63,534 nt of DNA, filler included, from Rhabdomonas costata (GCA_019059605.1; 56 parts of 56 records of this genome joined end to end with filler, not necessarily neighbours in it); one strand, 5' to 3'; positions 36,246-51,418 are shown, numbered from the whole stretch's first letter. Made by a program: numbers and translations. The notes: generated from the letters alone by a model not told the origin.

Positions 36246-39200
36246 CTCCCTAAGTCAAAATCAAAAAACCCTCCNNNNNNNNNNNNNNNNNNNNNNNNNN
36301 NNNNNNNNNNNNNNNNNNTTAATTAATTAANNNNNNNNNNNNNNNNNNNNNNNNNNNNNNNNNNNNNNNNNNNNTGTGGTGGGTGTGGTTGGTGGTTTTT
36401 TTGATTGCGGAGAGGGGTGCGGGGCGGGTGTATCGTTTTTGCTAAGAGTGATTTCTGTTAGTTTCGTTATTTAGGGGTCTGGGCTGTGGTGTCTAGGTGT
36501 GTCCAGGTGTTTGCTCAGGTGTGGTTTTGGGTGTCTCAGGTGTTTCTAATGATTTCCAGGAAAGCAGCATGCCTGGCACTGGCTGGCTCAGTATACCCTC
36601 TCCCCAACATCAAACTTCAAACTGTCATGAGCTTTATCGGATACCCCCACCCCCACATAGTTTTTCGCTCACAGTGTAATGCCCCCACCCGCAGGTTCGG
36701 CGGTTGGCGGGGGTCCGTCGATCCCACCGGTGGTATTACGAATGCTGCAACTCCGCCCACCTCCCGATGCACAAAAAATCCGAAATCAGATTGTGTGGGA
36801 AAACCCCTAACCCATGTGTCGGAGCATTTTTATTAACGCCGGTCATTAAGGGTGAAGAAGGTCCTCATGTCCTCATGGACCCCAGTCGGAATCGCTGCCG
36901 TGCGAAGTCGGCAGAAGATCATGCAGCTTTTGGGATCTGGATTTTTCTATTGCTGTCCATGGATGCATGGATGCTTTGTTTTGCACATGCTCGCGAAAAA
37001 TAGGGCAATACAGGTTTTGTGGTACTCTGAGTAGAATTCTCGGCCTTTTTCATATCGGAGAACCGTTACCGTACCTGGAGCTTACACCCGTCTCTTCTTT
37101 TGATGTGGTGCTCAGGGGTTTTGTCTTTGCTCGCTTTGCTTGCCGTTCTTCTCCCCTGTCCCCAGACCACCCCCCATCCTCTCCCCGTTTCATTTTAGTT
37201 TTCACGGAAGACCAGCGAGCACTCCATTTTCTTTTTGGTTTCTGAGTGGCAACTGCAAGGTAGAAGGGAATGGACGACGGTGGTCCCGAGGCCACCCCCA
37301 TGGCCGTCGATCCCGGAGATGAGGAGGAGGATAACAACGACGATGACGAGCCCGTGCAGTTCCAAAAACACGTATTAGGGCTCCACCCACCAACCAAACA
37401 CACCCACCACNNNNNNNNNNNNNNNNNNNNNNNNNNNNNNNNNNNNNNNNNNNNTTAATTAATTAANNNNNNNNNNNNNNNNNNNNNNNNNNNNNNNNNN
37501 NNNNNNNNNNTTGTGGGTAGGGAGGGAGGCTGCCGTGCATCCCGCACAACACTGACTCAGAAGGAGGCGCGGCCGTACTGGGGCGACGCTGGCGAGAGGG
37601 TGGCCGAGGAAGAGGAGCACAGGGGATTGGGCACGGGACTACGGACTACCGCCGACGCGGCTGGCAGGGCGGTGGCCTCAGGCAGGGGCTGTGCCGGCAC
37701 CAGGGCGCATGCCGAGGAGGCGAAGTCCTTTTTCGAGGAATGAAAACGCGCACAACTCACCTACCCGCCTACCCAAACGCATACACATATACTCACACCA
37801 CAGTAATCACGACTTAGACTGCAGCGACTCGAAAGCCAGCGGCCATTGACATTCTGTGGCAGTCGCAATTTGCGGGGATGTGTGCTTGACCCGGGAGCTG
37901 CTGGGAGGGGGAAATAGAGAAAACCAGAGCACTGCGCTGCACCCCGCGCCCGTTTAGCCGATAAGTGCGGATTTTAAGACGGATATAAAAGCAGCACGTC
38001 AAGTCCAAGGGGGTCTTGATAATCGGAAACTAAAAAAAGAATCAAACCCCTATCCAAGTAGTTTTCACCTTAGCTCAGACATTTGGTTCAAAGATGAGCC
38101 ACAAGGGCATGAAAAACCTTCCCCCGTCCCCGCAGCGTGCAGCGTGCGCATCCAACACAAGAAAAACAAGGGAGCCTCGCGCAAAGAACTGGTCGCCCAC
38201 TTGGTTCCCATGATGAAACTCTTTACAGACCTTTACAGCGTTTCGCAAATGTGACGTGGGGAGGTTCCAGGTCACCCCCGTGAGAGAGAACACCGGAGGC
38301 GAGCACCCTGACTTTCAACAAGCGCATACGTCAAACTAGTCAACAGACACTGGGCATATACGCAAGTCGCACACTCAGAAGTGAATAGGACCATGGCATT
38401 GGTCCCCACATCAGCCAGCGCCCTATGGGCACAAATATATGTGCCCATACAATGTGCACAATATGCAAGTGGGGGAGCAGCATCTTCACCCCGGCAGGGA
38501 TCCCCACAAACTCATTTTACTCATTTTACTCATTTACTCATTTTCCNNNNNNNNNNNNNNNNNNNNNNNNNNNNNNNNNNNNNNNNNNNNTTAATTAATT
38601 AANNNNNNNNNNNNNNNNNNNNNNNNNNNNNNNNNNNNNNNNNNNNTTTTGGGGTGACCCAGCCCGATGGGCACTATCGCACGAAGGGAAAAGTTGCCAG
38701 CATCTTTCATTGGGACGGTGGCCCAATGGAAGCTTGGGTGGCCCAATGGTAACGTGTTGCACGACATTTTTTATAACACATTCCCATTGATTACCTCTGG
38801 TCACCGTTACCACTGCCCCCACCCACAGAGCAAAAAAAATATAGGAGGAAGGGTCAGCAAAATGAGTTGATGTCCAAAAGGGAAAGGTGGGTAAGTGGTT
38901 AAAAGGCATTATGCTGCCGTGTCTCTTCCGCAGGGCACCCTCACTTGGAACTGATCGATAACTCCACGGGGTTTGAAGAGAAGATCGGGAAGGTCGTGCG
39001 CTCCATCTCCGAGCTCTTCGGCCTCTCCACGGTGTGTTCGTGTGACTGTCTTAGTGTGGGAATAGGTGAAGAAGCGTTAGACCTGGACCCAAGAGCTTGA
39101 GTGTTTCCGGACCTTTTACGGTTGTGTGCAGCTACACTTCTCATTGGTTCTGTCCCGCTTGTGCATCGGCAGTTGGCATTTTGGTGCGAACCGATTTTGA

Positions 39201-40279
39201 CAATGTAGAGCAGTAAAATCAAAGGCTGTTCAAAAGTGGTGGAATGGGCAGAAACGCAGTTTGAAGTGGTGTTCGAAAGGAATGTGTGGGGTCGGCGGTC
39301 GGGTGTGATTCCTGCGGAAAAGGGATCGTGGGGCGGGGGCGGTGAGGGGAAGGATTCATTGTTTCGTTTGGTTGGTTCAAGAGGTAGTGGATTGCATCCC
39401 CCAGGTACGTAACCCAGTAAAATATGCACATAGACTCTTGTGCCTAGACGCAAAGCAGTCCCATAGTGAAGTCCCATAGTGAACTGGCACCTCGCAGTGT
39501 CCTGTGACTGAGTCACGCACCTGTCCCCCTGCACTGTGTCCGCCTCTGCTTCTTCTTTCAGACTGGGGCAGGGCGGGTGCTCTGCTTCCTGGTCGAGCAT
39601 AGCGCCGAGGAGAAGGTTCCCATCCACACGGAGATCAGCCAGGTCTCCACCATCCTGCTCCGCGGAAGTTACCCAACCAACNNNNNNNNNNNNNNNNNNN
39701 NNNNNNNNNNNNNNNNNNNNNNNNNTTAATTAATTAANNNNNNNNNNNNNNNNNNNNNNNNNNNNNNNNNNNNNNNNNNNNGTGTTGGGTGTGGTTGGGG
39801 GGGGTGTGGGGTATGTTAGCTTGGCTTAGCATAGCTTCATAGCTCCGGTTAAACTGTGTCATTGCCTCCTAGATGAGAACTTTTTGAGTTCGAAATTTTC
39901 CACCGTTTAACGGTGTTGAACAATCAAAAATGCCCCCCACCACCACCACCACCAAAGACCCCGCTTTAGGATGTGCCTTGACACAAATGTTTGCGAATGA
40001 CATATGCAGTTTTCGCGACAATCAATGAAGTGGAGTGAGTGTAATCATTTTTCGGTTTCTTGTGACTGACGACGTCCCCTTTTGCTCTCTTGTTTTCGCT
40101 TGCGCGCGCGCATGAGTGGAAACCACTCCAAAAAGATAAGGTAAAATAAGACCAGCCCAACTCAGCTATTACCAAGAAGAGCACCATGTTACCATGGCAT
40201 CATGAAATCGACATTGACTTTTGAACCCCCATCCCCTCTCCCAACTGTCCATCCATTGGCTTCTATTTCGCAAGCGCAC

Positions 40280-40401
40280 CACCTCAATAATGCAAGCGCC
40301 CAGCGCGAAAATGTCTGCCGCGGCAAGGGTTTCCGGGGTCTCGGGTCCATTGAGTAAGCAGCGGTCCAGGTACCTGTTGTCTCCCTCATCGCTGTTGTAC
40401 C
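40280..40401 (-). CDS. Wee1/Myt1-family kinase exon
   Basis: EGDNRYL...ADIFALG; EGD.RY is characteristic of the Wee1 family. Confidence 0.8.
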
Positions 40402-43400
40402 CTGTGTTGGCGAGCCAGACACGACAACATGAACGCCCGAACACCACCGATCAGACGATCAGGCGATCAGACGCACACTCGCTCTTTTAAAGACAAGCAA
40501 AACTCACAACCAGACCACAATGCAACCCCTGAGGCAAACCCAAACACCGCCATCATCCGCCACGGTCAGTTCGCCAGAAATGCAGCAAATAGTCTGATGA
40601 TATGTTGATTCACGCAGCTCTGGCATTCGACGGTTCGAAATGCGTTCAGTTTCAGCCGGAGCAGACAACATTACAAACACGGGGATCCAAAAACGCTGAA
40701 GACCAGGTACAAAAGGGTGCAAAACAAATACCCAAGTGGGGCGGAGAAATCGCATCCATCTTACGCGCCAATCCCTGAAAGAAAGAAAAAAGAGAAAGGT
40801 GAACTGAACCCACCCCCNNNNNNNNNNNNNNNNNNNNNNNNNNNNNNNNNNNNNNNNNNNNTTAATTAATTAANNNNNNNNNNNNNNNNNNNNNNNNNNN
40901 NNNNNNNNNNNNNNNNNTGTGGGTTTTGAACCAGTTGATAAATGCAGCGCGTTGAAAGTCGAATAAAATTTTATCTGACATCCCATGACCTTCCTAATGT
41001 CTCTCACTTACGCAAAGAGGATGGGCTCCAGCCTCATTCGCTGAGGTGACTTATTGTACTCTTGCGAGCCGATGCGAAGAAAAAAGAGACAAAATCCAAC
41101 TACTCAAAATACGCCATCACATGCAGTGACGTGACAAGGCACAACGAAAAGGGTGAGGCCGACAGCGAGGATCCCCACATTCCAGAAAAGCACACGCAAG
41201 TGCAGAAAAAAAAGGAAAGGTGGCGCGGAATGAGCAAGGCAGTCACATGGCAGAGGGGAGTCTGGGAGACGGGGGGGAAGGGAGTGAGATCGCATCTGAG
41301 TGGTCTCCTCCTCGACACCAAAGAAAGCGCCAAAAAGAAGCGGCGGTGACATCGAAGTCCGTCGTGCTCAACAAGAATTGTCTTTCCCTCTCTCTCTCTC
41401 CCTTTCTTTCATGCCACACCCTGTATACGGATGGCCCAACAACAGACAATTGGGAAAGAAAAAAGGCCCGCCAATTTCTCACGGATGCCCCTCCAACACC
41501 TCCATGCCCCGCCCCCACCACTCACTTCCATTCCTGATCTATCCCCTCGAATTACGTTCCCGAACATTCACTTGTAATGTCATCACTTAACGACCCCATA
41601 ACAGGTACAAGGGAGGCATATCCGAAGAAAAAAGTCTGGAAATGTGGCAAAAGTATCCCTTGCTTAGATATGACTCTGCAAACCCTCCAGCCACCCCCTT
41701 GATGTGTGCGGGTCAATCCAAACACGTGAGCACAAAGGCACGGCGCACGTGCTTCCCGAACGAAAACATGGAAACAAAAAAGCGAGTCAGGTCCCTTTCC
41801 ATCCTTCTTCGCCGCGAATCGGATGGGAGCCAGGTGAAGGATCACTCACTCTGGCCCTGCACAAGGGTGACCAGCTCCTGCACCTGATTCCGGACTTCCG
41901 CGAGAGCCTAAGGGAAAGTGCAGAACAAAGTTGCTGAGTGTGTCACACACAACNNNNNNNNNNNNNNNNNNNNNNNNNNNNNNNNNNNNNNNNNNNNTTA
42001 ATTAATTAANNNNNNNNNNNNNNNNNNNNNNNNNNNNNNNNNNNNNNNNNNNNGTGGTGGGTGTGTTTGGTTGTGTGTGGGCATTCCAAGGGAATAAGAG
42101 AAGGAGAGTTGTGTGGCTGGATACGTCAACTGAGGCCGACGCCCCGGATGATGGTTGTTTTTCTTCCTTTTCGTGCGCCTTTTATCTTCGTACTAGTCAA
42201 GGACGGACCAAAACCAAGCCTGCTTTGTCTTTACGCAGGTGCACCTGACGAGTCCGTCTTTTGTTGTTTCTCTCGTTTTGTTCTTGGGAAGACTTGAGCA
42301 ATGTCTAATTTGCTATTTATTAATATCGGCCAGAACGAGGAGAAACATCCCGCACTCTCTATCGACACTCCCCCCAAAAAAGAAAGTACAGACCGAATTG
42401 AAAAAAAAAGGGGGGGGGGATTTAACCAGGATGTAGACAGTTGCGTGGAATGGGAGTGTGAGGTGATTGGGAAAGGCTGTGTGGCTGGGCGGGTGGTTTT
42501 GGTGACTAGCAAGCTTCTCTCCTCTCACCGCATTTGTGAAGGTCCTTGGGGAAATTATCCCCAGAGTCAGCGTGCTTCTGCGGATGAACACCTACTACGG
42601 CACCACGGTGCTGACAGGTCACGCATGGTCTTTTCACACTTTGTATTGCCCTTGCATCTCGCGCACACAAGCCCGTTCTCGACTCCAGGATGTATGTATG
42701 GGGCTCATACGATGTTGATTTGTTGTTATGGTGTCGGCACTGCTCCGTTCGTCAACAAGCAGCGATATACAGCGATGTATGAAACAGTCTATTTATTTCT
42801 TGGGGCGGGCGCTTATCCCAACGCTTATGAAAATCTCACCCCCGACCTGCGTGGTGAGTGGCGTCCCCTAGTGGACCCGGTAGAGTGAGAATCAGCGCAT
42901 GAGAAATGAAGCCCTGCCCCGGGATGCTGTGGTAGTTTAAGGGCCCCTGCCCCCACCCACACGCTAAATTCTTCGCCTTTGCAACAGCTCAAGCTTGTGT
43001 TCAAGAGTGCTTAACTTCAATCAGCTCGGCTTCGCTTGGATTTCTGCCTTTTATTTTTGCCTACCCAACCACCCAAACACACCTAACACNNNNNNNNNNN
43101 NNNNNNNNNNNNNNNNNNNNNNNNNNNNNNNNNTTAATTAATTAANNNNNNNNNNNNNNNNNNNNNNNNNNNNNNNNNNNNNNNNNNNNTGTTGGGGGGG
43201 GTGTGTGTGTGTGTTTGTGTGTGCTTGATGTGTATGTGTGTGTGCGCTAACTCGAGAGCTGCAGATAAGGATAAAAAAGATCCCGAGGTGCTGTGCCCAA
43301 ACGAAGAGCGGAGACAGCTTGTGATTCACATGACAGAAACGTTGACCTGAGGACCCAGAAGGCAGAAGAAGAGCAAAGTGAGGCCACCGAGCTCTACTGG

Positions 43401-44440
43401 GTGAAGCGCACAGGGCTGTAGCACCCAGGAGTAATGCGCCATTGAGGTTTCCCAAGAATCTCAGCAACCTCGCCCAGCAACTGACGGAAGCAGTACCCTG
43501 AGAATCGGCCAGGCAGCGGGAGAGCATTTGAAATTTGTGCTTGTGTATGTATGTGCGGAAGCGAGTACCCAGAATGGGCAGTGGAGACCAGGGTGGTGAG
43601 CTACCACGACGACCAGGGGAAGGAGTGCTGGGAAGCGATGATGGGAGATGGGAAGCACGCAGACAGAAAAAGTGCAGGCAATGGCATCCGTGAGTACCGC
43701 ACACACAGGGAGGACCCAGGCTTACGCAAGGCTAAGGGCCGTAAAGCTGCGCTCCCGCTTCCGCTTGCAGGTCTTTATTTTCGGCTTGGTCGTGGTTGTT
43801 TGGCTGCTGCATCTGCGGCACAGGTTTGTCTGGGCTTGTGTGTGACGTTCCCTCTTTGCTCCATGGTGTCACGTCAGCCGCTCCTTCGGCAAATGGTCAT
43901 CTGTTTCATATGCGGTGTAATTTTAATCCCGAAAGAATCTGTCAGAATGACGTACTTCTGTGCATGTCTTATACAGAATTGAAGGGAAGGCATTGCGATT
44001 TAACTGAGGGTGGATTCAGCTGCATGCCCAACCGCTGAGCTTGCTTTGGCTCTGCTCCGTATCTTATTACCTATCACAGCTGCCATGCTTCCTCAAACCA
44101 AATTTTACTATTACAAGAGCATGCCTTGGTGCCATGGACTTCGTCTGTCTTCGTTTGCTGAACTGTCACTGGTTCTGCCTCGTTTTCGTTGGCATGTGCT
44201 TGATAGTGTTTACTCACAACCCACCNNNNNNNNNNNNNNNNNNNNNNNNNNNNNNNNNNNNNNNNNNNNTTAATTAATTAANNNNNNNNNNNNNNNNNNN
44301 NNNNNNNNNNNNNNNNNNNNNNNNNCAAAGCCGCTACAAAGACATCACCGTCACGACAATACCCAAGACCCTTGTGATATCCATGCGCATGTGCATAAAA
44401 AAGCTGAGAGGCACTATCCGCGGTGGGTTTTCTCTGGCAG

Positions 44441-44581
44441 CACTTCAATCCCGTGCTGTACGTAGTGCTCCCGGAGGCGTTGCGGCGGAGATGCCCGCAG
44501 TGCGTGGCGCAGGCCGTGGCGAACCAGGCTGCCCGGGTTACCCCGTTTGACCTGTACGCCACCATGCGCCACATCGCAGCG
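44441..44581 (+). CDS. DUF229-like (alkaline phosphatase/sulfatase superfamily) exon
   Basis: PVLYVVLP...NQAARVTPFDLYATMRHI. Confidence 0.6.
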
Positions 44582-46959
44582 GTGCTGCTCAATCATCCAT
44601 ACCCTCCCGCCCGTGCTTCCACCTGTGCAGTGATCTTTGTCGTTGTGGAGGTAAAAATGGCAGTGCTCGAAGGCAATCACCTGAGTGCGCTGGAACGGGA
44701 AAATCTAACCAAAAAAAGCTGAACGGAGTCAGACCTCACATTCCCAACTCTCAGCAACCCCCGCAGGGGTGGAGCATGTGGTCAGGGAGTGTTAGCTCTG
44801 CAGGGGTAGTCTGGGGCTCATGGGGAAGAAGAGGGTCCTCGTCAACGTTTCTCCGTTTTTTCGTTTCTCCGTATTGCAATCCACATTAGTCGCCATTCTT
44901 CGTTTACCTTTTTTGATATAGGTGTGAATTGAGCTGTATTTTCGCTTACACGCTCGATATGCGGTGGCGTTTCACTCCCCTCCTGCCTCAACAGGGAAAG
45001 TGAAGCAGCTCGCTCCAAGTGCGAGGGAGAGCGGTGATTCCATCATCCATGTCGGTCCCCCGAAAAATCTCGGATGACGGCTATCTGGCATGCAAATGCT
45101 GCACCCACCGCTATTTTATGGAGCTTAGAGCACACGCAAAATCAGTAGTACGTTATGTTGTGAGTATCGGGCGGCCTGCCACCCACTCGCTGAGGGCTTG
45201 AATTTGACGTCACGGCCGTGCTTCAATGAGTCAACGTCTTTGGGAGAACCGCTGACGTTGTTGTGCTTGCTGGGAGAGTGTATCACTACTTCCCTCGCAC
45301 CGTGAAGCTTCCAACGCTCAACTCATTAAATTTAAGGCTCAAGGCAGCCGAACCAACCCCCNNNNNNNNNNNNNNNNNNNNNNNNNNNNNNNNNNNNNNN
45401 NNNNNTTAATTAATTAANNNNNNNNNNNNNNNNNNNNNNNNNNNNNNNNNNNNNNNNNNNNGTGGTTTGTGCTGGGCGTTTTGGTTCTTGTCATCGTGGC
45501 AGCGAGTGATAGTCAAGGGGCCATTAGGGCAGCGTCGCCTCAGTAGTACAGTGCAGTACACAGGGACGCTTGGATGCTTCTCCCCTGGGTGGTCGCACCT
45601 AGGGCGAGTTTCTTTGTGTTTTCTTGATGCTCCAAGAGCACGCAGGTTGCCTTGCATCTCTGCCAGCCGGAAGAGGACCAGAGAACTTGTCAGAGGAGAT
45701 GGGAGGGCAGATGCGTCTGAATTCCACCAGGGCTCCTGGTGCCTCTGGGATATGCAGCAATGCAACTGCGCAGCACATCCTCTAGGCCTCACCCCGTTTT
45801 CCGCCCTCCGCCTGCTTGGACCTCTTCTGTCTTTGCTTATTGCTTTCCTGTGCGCTGTAAATACCCCTTTGGAGACCCACCTGCAGCTGCAGGAGTAGTG
45901 TGTGTGTGTGTGTGAATGTGTCCTCATTGCACCTGCCTCGTCCCTCCGCGCACGCATACAAACAAATCAGCTGTTGGTGCGTTGCGGCGCTGCGGATGTG
46001 TATCGACTAGCATGAATTCCTTGGTCCCAAAAGAAGTCGTGAAAAGCATAAAACTCTCAGTTCTGGGGCCTCAGCTCATGGATCCCCACAGGCTGGATTC
46101 GAATTTTTTTTTTTCGAATTTTCACCATTCGAGAATAACTTAACCAACATAATCAAAGTTGAGGCCTAAATATCTCATATGTCCAGGCCAACTCGGTGGC
46201 ACAGAAAATGATGGGATGTGCTTGTTGACCACCTAGCTGATGTTTTGATTCCCACTTCCGATCCTCCGGTCCGGCTTCAGCTCCCCTACCATTAAGGGGG
46301 TGCCAGGGTGACTCTAAGGATTGGGGTTGTCAGACCAGATTACGAGACTAGAGTAGATGGGTGCTGTCAGACTACCCCTCCCCGTTCCAGTCACCAAAAC
46401 GAGGAATTCGTGTTCGTTTCTTCTTCGTCTGATGCACTGTGGTCTTTCCTTCACTCTGTCGTGTTTGCTTGGCATTTGTGTTCCGTCTCTTGCTGTGNNN
46501 NNNNNNNNNNNNNNNNNNNNNNNNNNNNNNNNNNNNNNNNNTTAATTAATTAANNNNNNNNNNNNNNNNNNNNNNNNNNNNNNNNNNNNNNNNNNNNTTT
46601 GTTGGGGCTTACGCCCAGAGCTACTACACACCCAACATACCGTAGGTTCAACGTGGGGCGATCACATCTACTACTAAGATACATATGCGTTTGGTTCACC
46701 GTATGACCTAAGCGCACCCTACCGTATTGGGCAGTGGCCTCATCCGTGGTTTACCAGCGTGCGTTTCTAGGCGTCCCTGATCGACACGCTTAGTCCAGCG
46801 CGATCACCTCAACTTCGCCTGCGGAACCTCTTCTACGCAGGCAATGGGGCCTGAGCTGTTGTGTGTGATCTATGTCTTCGGATGGATGATATGGCGAAAA
46901 GTGCCCGCCTTTCTTGGATGATAAAGAGGGATGATAAAGAAAGATGCGGCATGATTGAC

Positions 46960-47633
46960 GGAGACAGAATTGCGAACCCAACCAACACGAAATGAACACG
47001 TTAAGCACATCACGATACACTACCAGATACACTTCCCACGATACCCTCCGCACAACACCCGAACCCCAACCCCGAGACAAGAACCCTCTTTGCCGACAAA
47101 CTCAATGCTTCACGAACCAATTAACCACCAACGAACACACACTCACGAGAACCAGCTATATGGATGATCTGCCTACTGAATCCGTTCATAACTACGTCAC
47201 TGGAAGAGGCGTTCCACCCCCTAAATCACGGTACTGCTTCCGGCTGGGTTCTTCTGGATACGGGGTATCCAGTGCCATATGATCATGACCAGGTCACCAA
47301 GCCATACCTCATTTCGCCTTCGGCATGCGCGGAAAACCGAATGCCGAATGCCGAATGCCGAACCCCAACCCCAAGATGCAAAGACCGAACCCCAACCACA
47401 AGACGCGATTCCTCAACACACTCAATTCGGAGACACTAACACCCAATGCATGAATACCGAATACCCACGAACCCCGAATGCCAAACCCCTCGAATCCAAA
47501 ACCCCAAGAGAAAACGAAACCCAGAAATCAAAACCCAAGCGGAATTCAGAACCCAAACACCCAACCCCGAAATCAACACTCAACACCCTAAGACCACCAA
47601 GATACGTCATGACGACGCCTACACACCAACACA
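46960..47633. repeat. A/C-skewed copy (reverse orientation) of the G/T-rich repeat family
   Basis: CCGAATG x3 and GAACCCC motifs complementary to 12508-13544. Confidence 0.6.
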
Positions 47634-49145
47634 NNNNNNNNNNNNNNNNNNNNNNNNNNNNNNNNNNNNNNNNNNNNTTAATTAATTAANNNNNNNNNNN
47701 NNNNNNNNNNNNNNNNNNNNNNNNNNNNNNNNNGTGTTGGGTGTGGTTGGTGTGGTGGTGGTGGTTGTGGGAACGGGGCGCACCGGCGGGGCGCTGTTGC
47801 TTCGCCGGCTGCTGGTCCGAGGCGGCTCTGACACCCACCCACTCACCCAGTCGCCCCGCTCTGAAGCGCAAACTATAGTTTGCTTAATTAGCTTTTCAGT
47901 GGACTGAGACGATTTCGGAATCACCATAAACGGGTAACGTACAAGCAACAAACGGCAGAGAGAATTTGCCCATAGACCGCAAGACTTTCCGAAGGAATGC
48001 ACACAAAACGCACAGAGTTGGGTGTAACGGGTAAACACTGGTGATACTGTCCAGCACCGAAATCGGCTTGAATCCATGCCGGTCCTCAATTAAGTATATG
48101 GGTAAAGGCAACTCTGGCCCCACCTCAACCCGGTCTTCCCCTGTGAAACACGGCGGTCAGCAGGTGCCTGGAGGACATAAGTTGCCTAAAGGTCGAAAGG
48201 TCGAGCAGTCACGAGACTTAAGATGATGATTGAGAAAAGTCTGAAATTCACACATTTTGCACAAGGCTAACACACCGTTGGTCTCGGCTGGTCGAGGCTG
48301 CCGGCTAGTCCGATGCTGTGGAAAAGAACACCCGCGGACAACAATAGAGAGGAAGAAGGTCACTACCAAGGACTAAGGTAGCCCCGTTTAGCCATGCTTC
48401 ACAAAAGGCAATAGCGAAGACTACGCAACCATAATAATGTACGTACCAATGTGATAGTGTTACTGATACTTTCACTTAGATGCTTTCGTACGAATCCCAT
48501 AAGTGCGATTTATGGAAGGGTACGGGCCCCTCTCTAACAACAGCTACATCAATTCAATTCAACCACCCGCCCACAGCACATAAATACCTGGATTCAAAGA
48601 ATCTCCACAAGAACATACTGAATCAGGGTAAACCGAAACGGCTGAGGGCAGTACACCTCCCCCATTCCACAGGTTGTCTAGTTCAACCCGTTGACAGTTT
48701 GCTCTTTTATTCTCCCACACACCCCGCCTCCCACCCTGACCCTCTGCACAGCTCAGTCGCCACAAACCCNNNNNNNNNNNNNNNNNNNNNNNNNNNNNNN
48801 NNNNNNNNNNNNNTTAATTAATTAANNNNNNNNNNNNNNNNNNNNNNNNNNNNNNNNNNNNNNNNNNNNTGTTGGGTGGCTGTGTGAACGGGGTGAAAAT
48901 GACAAAGGCATGTGCGGTTCAGGTTGTGGTTGTTATTTCATGTCATCCAGTTTTTTTTGAACAATGTTTTACATGGTTTTCAGAGTCGGATTCGATTGAA
49001 GGTGATTTTTCGGTGAAATAAAATGCGGGGGGTACTGCTGCGTTAGTTCTTGCAAGTTGAAATAGAGCTGGAAAGGTCCCGTATGGTTTTGTGGTGTCTC
49101 CTCTTATATCTCATCTGTTGATTTGTGTGCATTTTCTGAACACAG

Positions 49146-49280
49146 GCGTTCTTTCGAGGGTACGGGGTGACCATTACTCGTGCAGCTCCTGTTGCGGGGT
49201 GCATCCTGACCACCTACGATCTCACTTACGAAGCCCTGGTTCAGCACAGGGTATTCAAAGGGCCAGTGATGCCCCTTTGA
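49146..49280 (+). CDS. Mitochondrial carrier (SLC25) terminal exon
   Basis: AFFRGYGVTITRAAPVAGCILTTYD then stop; typical even-helix signature. Confidence 0.8.
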   Translation, partial: AFFRGYGVTITRAAPVAGCILTTYDLTYEALVQHRVFKGPVMPL

Positions 49281-50772
49281 AGCTATATTATTGTATATCT
49301 TCTGGGTGGGTAAGTCCACCCCCGCCTCGCCTTGGGGTGAATATTGCGCAGGGGTTGTGTTGGTCACTGGGAGCCCACCCAGCTGCACCATTCTCTGGAC
49401 ATGCACGTGCCAGAGCCCAAACTCACGCTTTGTCCTGACTGAGAGGCCAGCAAAGGTTTTTCAAAGTCTGGTTGCCGCGAACACCTGCGATGAGGGATGG
49501 GAATCCGACAGGAAGGAAGTCGGTTGGTAAGTGAACAGTGCCTGATCCATGTTCAAAGGAGGATATCCGAAACTTAAGCTCCTTCTTGACTGTGGAGAGG
49601 AGAATTCTGGAACCCACATTCGCATAAGAGAGAGACATGTGACGGGTGCGCTGCGCTGCAACCAATGGTTCACTACCTCCTCGACACCTTTACTGCCGTT
49701 GGCTCGATTCCTATATCACCATCCCCTGTCTCTGCGTCGGCCGTTGGGGTACGACACGGTACAATACGCTTTTGTGTGGATTGAGTTTTGAGCCGCGCGT
49801 GAGTGCTTCTTATTATATCTTGTGAATGCTTCTTATTTCCTTCTGTTCACAACTTCCCAAAACTTCTTAGCATATCGCTCCCAATATTGTTCAATTGGTC
49901 TGAAANNNNNNNNNNNNNNNNNNNNNNNNNNNNNNNNNNNNNNNNNNNNTTAATTAATTAANNNNNNNNNNNNNNNNNNNNNNNNNNNNNNNNNNNNNNN
50001 NNNNNGTAATCAGCGAGGTTATTTGTCAGCTGATTAATCATGTTTGTAATTCGGTGCGGTGAAATTGTTATTTGGTGTCTGGTGTAGTTTGGTTTGGTTT
50101 GGTTTCTTCTTCGTGTTCCATCGCGTCCCCCCTTCCTGCTCTTTTCCTGCTTCGGCCTCACGGGTTTTTTCCGCCGGACATGAACAATTTGTTTGCAACC
50201 TTTTGTTGCCGACAGTTTCCGGTTTTCTGTAAATTATTGCCTTGGTTGGGTTGGGTTGTGTGAGGGGGGTATGTGTTTTTGCCCTGTCTCTTGTTGACCA
50301 TCCTACGCGGCGCTCCACTCGATTCTATTGCTCGGTGGTTTTGTTCGAGCTAATCCCGTTTTACAGGGATAGCGCTTCGGCTCCCCCTTTCCTAATGCGT
50401 CGTTGGTTTTGTTGTGTCGCTTTGATCTCCGGAACCATGCTGTTTCTGATGTTTGCTTGTGTTGTCTGCTGTTTATGTAGACATTTTTTTTCCGTGACTT
50501 AGGCTTGCGGAGTCCCGGTGCTACTATCGGCACCCCGTTTGTGTGGGCATGAATTGTTGCTGTTTCTTATTGCCTTTTCCTTTCCTACAAACTGTGAACG
50601 CATTCCTTCGGTGAAAATTCACCTGGTTTTTTTCTATTCTAAAAGAGGACAATTATTTTTAATGGGAATCGGTAATCGACGCTCTCCGGAACACCGGCGT
50701 CCCCGGGGGAAGTTACTGCTTTTGCAAGGGGCAATACTTACTCCACGCCGTCTTCGCTCGACTTCACGTGGG

Positions 50773-50932
50773 ATGATTTTACCCACCTTGGCCTTTTTGG
50801 GTGCTTCGTTCTGGGGGCTCACTTCACTATGTCGATGGCTGGATGCAAAGGAAAAGCGTGTGCTGGAGTACTCTCACGATGACGTGGCCAGGCACAAGTC
50901 TTCTCAAGATGGAGTTTGGGTGACTTTTAATG
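50773..50932 (+). CDS. Cytochrome-b5-like domain N-terminus (sulfite-oxidase-like) after a hydrophobic leader
   Basis: YSHDDVARHKSSQDGVWVTFNG|GT. Confidence 0.7.
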
Positions 50933-51418
50933 GTGTCTGCCACTTTAGTGAGTTTCCCTCCGTTTTCTTCGCGAGGAACACCTCGATAACAGAGCACCTC
51001 GACAGACTTTTTCTCGCGTTTGTTTTTGCGTGTGCGTGTGANNNNNNNNNNNNNNNNNNNNNNNNNNNNNNNNNNNNNNNNNNNNTTAATTAATTAANNN
51101 NNNNNNNNNNNNNNNNNNNNNNNNNNNNNNNNNNNNNNNNNGTGTTGGGTGTGGGTGGGTTTGCTCTCATTTACTTTTATCTTGGCTGCACCTTTAGTTT
51201 TGCCTTCAATCAGAACAGTAGCTAGGGTGCGTTGTAGCAGCCGCCGCCAATCTTCCGTCATCGAAACCTAAGTGAAGTGAAACAAAGAGGGGAATACGGT
51301 GTGCGTGGTCTCATGTCCATCAAGAAGCGAAGAAAATCCAGAGCCTTCCTCGATCTCTCCCTCCCCTACCTCAGGGTCTCGGTCTTCTCTCTCTCTGTGT
51401 GTAATGTGTTTGTTTTAG

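Noticed and set aside
47900-48370. Possible tyrosine-recombinase remnant (HSFGK)
   Set aside because: One weak motif with no supporting catalytic residues.
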